From contig JBHLQM010000080.1 of NCBI GenBank assembly GCA_048884785.1, forward strand, positions 1-11,653: a DNA stretch of 11,653 bases, read 5' to 3'. The translations under genes and the position numbers were made by a program. Shown one piece after another: positions 7,049 through 11,653 of the stretch. This stretch comes from Candidatus Thorarchaeota archaeon. GTDB taxonomy: Archaea; Asgardarchaeota; Thorarchaeia; Thorarchaeales; Thorarchaeaceae. The notes below the pieces were generated by a model. It had not been told where the DNA came from, made no database searches, and was given only the letters and a program-made list of their open reading frames with translations. Position 1 is the stretch's first letter; each line of letters starts with the position of its first letter.

Positions 7049-7185
7049 GGTGTGGTCATGGTCATGGTATGCGTACCGGACCGCACCATTCCTTTGTATT
7101 GGCGGATACGTCCGCGCGGGATGTGGCCTTTGAGGCTGAACCACAAACAAAGTGAATCTATTACAGCAAAGGATGGATACATACA
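7049..7185 (+). promoter_or_regulatory. Structured 5' leader of rpl15e (candidate ribosomal-protein leader)
   Basis: TTTTAAG TATA-like motif at 7032-7038. Hairpins GGUC-AU-GGUA-UGCG-UACC-G-GACC and GCGGA-UACG-UCCGC, a K-turn-like GGGAUGUGG...CUGAACC, and an anti-SD helix. Confidence 0.65.
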
Positions 7186-7770
7186 ATGCCAACAGCATAC
7201 AAACGCATGAATGAAACGTGGATAGAAGAGCAAAAAGAACGCTCTGAGATTGTTCGAAATAGACTACTAGTCTGGAGAAAAATGGGCAGCATGGTGAAAC
7301 TTGAAAGACCCACCAGACTCGGTCGTGCGAGAGCTCTTGGATACAAGGCTAAGCAAGGATATGTTATGGTAAGAATTAAGACTGGTCGTGGCCCACGAGA
7401 AAAGCCGGGTCCAGCTGGCGGTAGAAAACCACATAGCTCTGGTATCGTTCGATACACCCCTCAGAAGTCAAGACAATGGATTGCGGAGGAACGTGTAGCC
7501 AGAAAATATCCCAACCTTCGTGTGCTAAACTCGTATTGGGTCGGTGATGACCACAAGTGGATTTGGCACGAAGTCATTCTGGTTGATCCTAGTCATCCAG
7601 TCATATACAATGACCCCAATATTAACTGGATATGTGATCCGGTCCATAAGGGAAGGGATAGTAGAGGACTCACTTCTGCCGGCAAGAGAAGCAGAGGCCT
7701 TGATAACAAGGGAAGAGGCGCTGAAAAGATCAGACCCTCAATCGGTGCGAAGAGGAACCGAGCTAAGTAG
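7186..7770 (+). CDS. rpl15e: 50S ribosomal protein eL15 (L15e)
   Basis: RPTRLGRARALGYKAKQG, IAEERV, LNSYWVG, EVILVDP and RGLTSAG motifs; 194 aa. Confidence 0.98.
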   Translation: MPTAYKRMNETWIEEQKERSEIVRNRLLVWRKMGSMVKLERPTRLGRARALGYKAKQGYVMVRIKTGRGPREKPGPAGGRKPHSSGIVRYTPQKSRQWIAEERVARKYPNLRVLNSYWVGDDHKWIWHEVILVDPSHPVIYNDPNINWICDPVHKGRDSRGLTSAGKRSRGLDNKGRGAEKIRPSIGAKRNRAK

Positions 7771-7798
7771 TCTGAACCCCGGTTGTGAGGGGGCGGCA

Positions 7799-8263
7799 AT
7801 GCCGTTCGTGAATAAAATAGAAGCTCGGGCATACGCCCGGGCTACTGAGATTCTAGAAAGAGTTGCGTCATCAGTTCAATCTGTTTTTCCTGAGAATCTA
7901 AGACAGAATCTTGTTATGTCCAAATCAAAGGCTGAAGGACAGGCGGGAGATGCCATTGTAGTTATTACTGCAACGCTGGAAGGTCAGGAGAATTGTGAAC
8001 CCGTCATAGATTACGTGTTTGAACAGATGGACAGTCAGAGCCGTCGAGCTATCGAACATTCATTGGACATAAGGCTGGATGATGACTGTGTCTTTTTTCT
8101 TAGGATTGATAAGCAGGCAGCGTTTCTAGGAAGTATGAAGATAGCTGGTGAATCTGATTTGATTAGTGCCAGATTTCACTTCAAACAATACCCACGTTGC
8201 AAGCGGGAAGAGGTGTTACTCTTGATTGAGAATCGCCTTCGTTCCGCCGGAGGATTGGCCTGA
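7799..8263 (+). CDS. DUF54/COG1325-type predicted RNA-binding protein of the exosome-associated superoperon
   Basis: ATE, EGQAGDAI and FFLRIDKQAAFLG motifs. It lies between rpl15e and rnp3. Start ATG 7799 follows a GAGGGGG SD-like motif. Confidence 0.88.
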   Translation: MPFVNKIEARAYARATEILERVASSVQSVFPENLRQNLVMSKSKAEGQAGDAIVVITATLEGQENCEPVIDYVFEQMDSQSRRAIEHSLDIRLDDDCVFFLRIDKQAAFLGSMKIAGESDLISARFHFKQYPRCKREEVLLLIENRLRSAGGLA

Positions 8264-8961
8264 TGACGATTGATGTTGGCGTCTATGTTCCAGATATGGA
8301 AAAGATTGGAATGTTTGGAAAAATAGCTCATCAAATCGGCTTTACAGGAATTGCTGTTGCAGGAGCAATGGACCAGCCTTACAAGCATCTCGCAGAGAAT
8401 GTTACAGTCTATAGAAGGGTGGATATCACCGGGAAAGTAATCAACTCACTAAGAAAACAGATTGAAAGAGTCAGAAAAAACACATTCATCGTTGCTGTTC
8501 AACTAGGCTCTATTGATTTGACTAATTGGACTGCTGAAGATAGGAGAGTTGACCTACTAACACTTGATCCATCAAAAGATCATAAACTTCGTGAAACCAC
8601 TGCATGTATCGCTTCAAATTCGTCAACATCTCTTGAAATTCAAATCGCACCGCTTCTAAACTCTTCAGGACTGAATAGATCAAAGATTTTGAAAGCATAT
8701 CGTGAGGCTGTTACAACCGCTATCGATTCAGGAATGGGTGTAGTTCTTTCAAGTGGAGCAACTCATCCAATGGGGTTGCGATCACCCTTGGCAATGATGC
8801 ATATTGGAATACTATTAGGACTTGATAGGCCTCTGGCTGAGAGAGCTGTTCATGGGTTACCTACCCATATCATAGAAAAAAATCTGAAGAAACTGAGTTC
8901 TGAGTTCGTGAGCCCGGGAGTTGAAATCGTTCAGAGGAGGGGAGTCCATGAAAAGGAGTAG
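8263..8961 (+). CDS. rnp3: Ribonuclease P protein subunit Rpp30 (component 3)
   Basis: AEDRRVDLL, LEIQIAPLL and VVLSSGATHPMGLRSP motifs. TGATG overlap with the upstream gene and conserved synteny. Confidence 0.9.
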   Translation: MTIDVGVYVPDMEKIGMFGKIAHQIGFTGIAVAGAMDQPYKHLAENVTVYRRVDITGKVINSLRKQIERVRKNTFIVAVQLGSIDLTNWTAEDRRVDLLTLDPSKDHKLRETTACIASNSSTSLEIQIAPLLNSSGLNRSKILKAYREAVTTAIDSGMGVVLSSGATHPMGLRSPLAMMHIGILLGLDRPLAERAVHGLPTHIIEKNLKKLSSEFVSPGVEIVQRRGVHEKE

Positions 8962-9271
8962 ACGCAGATACTTGCTCTTTCATCTTCACAGGGAAGGACC
9001 ATCCGTAAATGACAAACAACTTAACATGGCATTATGGAAAAGTCTACTATCACTCTATGGTGAAATTCATGCAGCAGATTCGAAGCTGTACCTTCTCGAT
9101 TTCAATGAGAGTTCAGGAGCCGGCGTTCTTCAATGTAATGAATCTGCTCTTAAGCAAGTGATAACAGCAGCAGTTGTAATCAATACAATTGAACAGACTT
9201 CAGTTTCTTTCGAACCAAAGAAAACATCAGGAACTATCAAGGGATTGAACCATCGAGTTCAGAAACATTAA
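8948..9271 (+). CDS. rnp2: Ribonuclease P protein subunit Pop5/Rpp14 (component 2)
   Basis: N-terminal RRRYLLF, SLYGE and C-terminal SGTIK. ATG 8948 overlaps the end of rnp3. Confidence 0.92.
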   Translation: MKRSRRRYLLFHLHREGPSVNDKQLNMALWKSLLSLYGEIHAADSKLYLLDFNESSGAGVLQCNESALKQVITAAVVINTIEQTSVSFEPKKTSGTIKGLNHRVQKH

Positions 9272-9677
9272 CGAAGATTTCTACTGCTTCATCATCATCT
9301 AACACATATCCCTTGACGACCCACCTGCCAGTTACTTTAGATGCAACCAGCCATACGACAGGGTTAAGGTGCATGTTTCTCAAATCAGTCAGCGAAGGTC
9401 TAGGGGGTGCGGGATGGGAATGAAATATCCCAACTAGAGATTCACCAAGTTGTTCTGCTTCTATTAAGAGATTATACTCTGCCTCGGGATCAACAGAGAA
9501 GGACGTAAGACTAGCATTAGACATATTTTTCATGAGCTCGACACGGTTTGCGTGCACAGAATTGCCGGATGTGGTTCCAAAGAGAAGTGCAACTGCTTCT
9601 CCAGGAAGATGAATTTCAGCATGCTCATACAAACGATTGAGTTCTTTTCTAGAGATATATAGCTGATAATGGATCAT
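9237..9677 (-). CDS. JAMM/MPN+ (M67) zinc metalloprotease
   Basis: Catalytic E in EAVALLFG, FSVDP, and GIFHSHPAPPRPSLTD. Confidence 0.92.
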   Translation of the reverse strand: MIHYQLYISRKELNRLYEHAEIHLPGEAVALLFGTTSGNSVHANRVELMKNMSNASLTSFSVDPEAEYNLLIEAEQLGESLVGIFHSHPAPPRPSLTDLRNMHLNPVVWLVASKVTGRWVVKGYVLDDDEAVEIFVNVSELDGSIP

Positions 9678-10129
9678 TCTGTGCTAGGACCTGAGAATGC
9701 TGATTTAATCTCTTCAAGGATGATACAGGTTTCTGCATCACCAATACCTTGGATTCCGCCAAGCCGTTTTTCGAGAAAGCTCCTAAGTTCTGTGAGATCA
9801 TCCACAGTAACGGTCATAATAACTCCGCAAGCTCCGTCTAGAAAATAGGCTTCATCCACTTCCTTGAAGGCCCTTAGTTTCTTAGAGATGATTGTAGATT
9901 CCTTCATTGCGGTCTTCACACGAATTATTGCGCGAATACGTTTGCCTATCTTCATGGGGTCAAGAACAACAGTGAACCGCTTGATGTAGCCTTCATCCTT
10001 CAGACGTTTCACTCGACGTCTTATTGTGACTTCCGTTCTCTTAACGGCCTTTGCGATGTCACTGAATGATTGCCTTCCATCTTCCTGAAGCATTGCAATT
10101 ACCTTAGAATCAATTTCATCCAGTTTCAT
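9674..10129 (-). CDS. Lrp/AsnC-family transcriptional regulator
   Basis: LDEIDSKVIAMLQEDGRQSFSDIA...RVKRLKDEGYIKRF HTH plus RAM domain. GGAGG SD; 4-bp ATGA overlap with the JAMM gene. Confidence 0.95.
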   Translation of the reverse strand: MKLDEIDSKVIAMLQEDGRQSFSDIAKAVKRTEVTIRRRVKRLKDEGYIKRFTVVLDPMKIGKRIRAIIRVKTAMKESTIISKKLRAFKEVDEAYFLDGACGVIMTVTVDDLTELRSFLEKRLGGIQGIGDAETCIILEEIKSAFSGPSTE

Positions 10130-10242
10130 AAACGGTGCCTCCGACCTACATTTTTCTCGATGGTAGAATGTTCGATTCCGTACATATATACTAGCCGATT
10201 TGTGCGAAGTCGGAAAGGTATTTTAAACAATTGCACGAGGGA

Positions 10243-11067
10243 CTATAGTACTCGGAGTTCTTCCTTTAGAATCGCGTCTTCTTTCGGTGACATGATAGCA
10301 TACAACTCAATATGGTCTATCAAAGATATCGCATTACGTATCTTTTTCTCCAAAAGTTCTTGGATTTGAAAAATACCAGACACATTGGTCATGTTTACCT
10401 CAATACGAACAGTCTTGGTTTCACCTTTCCGGATTTTTACATCTTCGATTGCCATTGCAGATGCCGAGTGAATGTTGACACTTCCAGCTTCGAATGGGAT
10501 TCTTGCTCTTCCCTTTGTCATATCCAATGCATCAGCTACGCCAACTACCCCTGCCTCTACAGTCAAGGGAGGCGCGACTTTGTCATGACAGTATATAGCA
10601 TGGATTACGTGATTGCGAATATGGATCTGCTTATGGCGATCCTTTGGATATATCTTTCCTAGAATTCTATCTAGGATTGGGACAGCCAGAACAACTGAAA
10701 ACTCATCATGATTTGTTCTGCCTACTACCATACCTACATCATGCAGATAGCAACCGAGAAGAACTATTAGTTCTGCATCCTTGAGATCGCCAGTTTCTTC
10801 CTGGACTATTGTAGGTTGAAGACCGTTGCTAAGCTCGCGTATCAGTTTAATTCCATTGAGAGAAACAATTAGTGAATGAGTATGTCCATGGTCCGAGTAT
10901 CCCATACGATCTATGGCCATTCTATTGCTATCATCCAGAAGTGTCTGAACTTCTATGTCATTTTCAAGCTCGTCTAATGCACGAATGCAATATAGGTTGT
11001 CCTTGACAAGCCTTCGGACTCTGTCCTTTAGTGTATTCCTTTGTTTTGGGCTTTTTGCCATTATCAT
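10243..11067 (-). CDS. HD-superfamily metal-dependent phosphohydrolase (COG3294-like); start may be 11061
   Basis: SDHGHTH, LHDVGM, HDEFS, CHD and ADALDMTKGRARIPF motifs. Confidence 0.9.
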   Translation of the reverse strand: MIMAKSPKQRNTLKDRVRRLVKDNLYCIRALDELENDIEVQTLLDDSNRMAIDRMGYSDHGHTHSLIVSLNGIKLIRELSNGLQPTIVQEETGDLKDAELIVLLGCYLHDVGMVVGRTNHDEFSVVLAVPILDRILGKIYPKDRHKQIHIRNHVIHAIYCHDKVAPPLTVEAGVVGVADALDMTKGRARIPFEAGSVNIHSASAMAIEDVKIRKGETKTVRIEVNMTNVSGIFQIQELLEKKIRNAISLIDHIELYAIMSPKEDAILKEELRVL

Positions 11068-11291
11068 AATGCCCCCTAATTGATTAGTATATCCTAGATT
11101 CTGGTTATCAGCTAATTTGGTAATAAATGAGATACTGTAGTGATAATATGTGCACCAGTTATGTATCTAATTGGATATTCCCTCAGTCTACTAAGACAAT
11201 GAGCTGAGTCAGATTCTTTCTTTTTCTTCTGTTATAGAATAATTTCTCTCATATGAACTAATGGTAATAGGCAGACATTGGGAGAGGCGTA

Positions 11292-11653
11292 TTATTGAGA
11301 GCTAGCGTGGGGAGCAACCTTTGTGGAATTGTTCTGCTCTCTTGCCACCATAACTCTCCGTTTTCTCCAGAAGAATAGACCAGCCAATGCTATGTATGAA
11401 AGGTATGCGACTACTTCTAGTGCAGAGGGATTTCCATTATATCCGAATAGAACCTTAGCTAGTCCACCTATCGCTCCGTTCTCGTGAAAGAGAGGGTAGC
11501 TTCCATCAGGTAAAAGAGGAGGATTGATATTCCAGACCTCGAGTGGACCAATAAGTAACAATCCTGCTTCCTGCAACTCGTGTATTCCATATGCAATCAT
11601 TCCTGATGCAAAGAGAATAAGAAAGACAGATGTCCATTTGAAAAGGGATCTCA
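11292..11653 (-). CDS. FTR1/EfeU-family iron permease, 3' part (5' end beyond the window)
   Basis: The frame is open to the window edge: RSLFKWTSVFLILFASGMIAYGIHELQEAG, then WNIN and LFGYNGNPSALEVVAYLSY. Confidence 0.88.
   Translation of the reverse strand, partial: RSLFKWTSVFLILFASGMIAYGIHELQEAGLLLIGPLEVWNINPPLLPDGSYPLFHENGAIGGLAKVLFGYNGNPSALEVVAYLSYIALAGLFFWRKRRVMVAREQNNSTKVAPHASSQ

Noticed and set aside
7007-7233. Short ORFs 7007-7210 (+) and 7018-7233 (-)
   Set aside because: No recognisable protein features. The region is better explained as the rpl15e promoter and leader.
7544-7798. N-terminal extension of the 239-aa ORF
   Set aside because: It overlaps rpl15e in another frame. DUF54 similarity and the SD point to ATG 7799.
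7771-7798. Second CTGAACC motif with a CCCC/GGGG hairpin between rpl15e and DUF54
   Set aside because: The partner strand does not fit the Kt-15 geometry, and the G-run is explained by the SD.
3416-10662. Antisense or shadow ORFs (e.g. 3416-3643, 3944-4372, 5478-5699, 6068-6328, 6440-6661, 6677-6970, 7161-7457, 7593-7832, 10070-10369, 10312-10662)
   Set aside because: They overlap well-supported genes on the opposite strand and have no motifs.
1-11653. Sec/Pyl recoding, CRISPR arrays, IS elements, defence genes
   Set aside because: Recognised genes look full-length without in-frame stops. I saw no repeat-spacer array, transposase, integrase or nuclease motifs.

Overview
Archaeal chromosomal window. 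The rpl15e-DUF54-Rpp30-Pop5 block, the archaeal YchF/Obg GTPase, DUF134 and TATA-type promoters show the domain. An Asgard/Thorarchaeota-like source is only a guess. In order it carries: the end of a probable TetR-type regulator, a membrane protein, a flavodoxin, a cupin, two hypothetical proteins, DUF134, a YchF-like GTPase, a hypothetical protein with an internal duplication, a flavin reductase-like protein, a D-2-hydroxyacid/phosphoglycerate dehydrogenase, eL15, DUF54, RNase P Rpp30 and Pop5, a convergent Lrp-JAMM pair, an HD hydrolase and the 3' end of an FTR1 iron permease. The most interesting signals are non-coding. (1) A candidate replication origin with no cdc6/orc1 in the window: a near-canonical ORB with G-string at 2855-2873, and mini-ORB-like boxes that flip orientation across an AT-rich, palindrome-rich stretch at 3235-3545. 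(2) A structured rpl15e leader with an apparent circularly permuted 23S Kt-15 mimic and two exclusive pairings over the SD. (3) A roughly 115-nt structured element at 2773-2896 next to an orphan gene. All structures were folded by eye and no searches were run.
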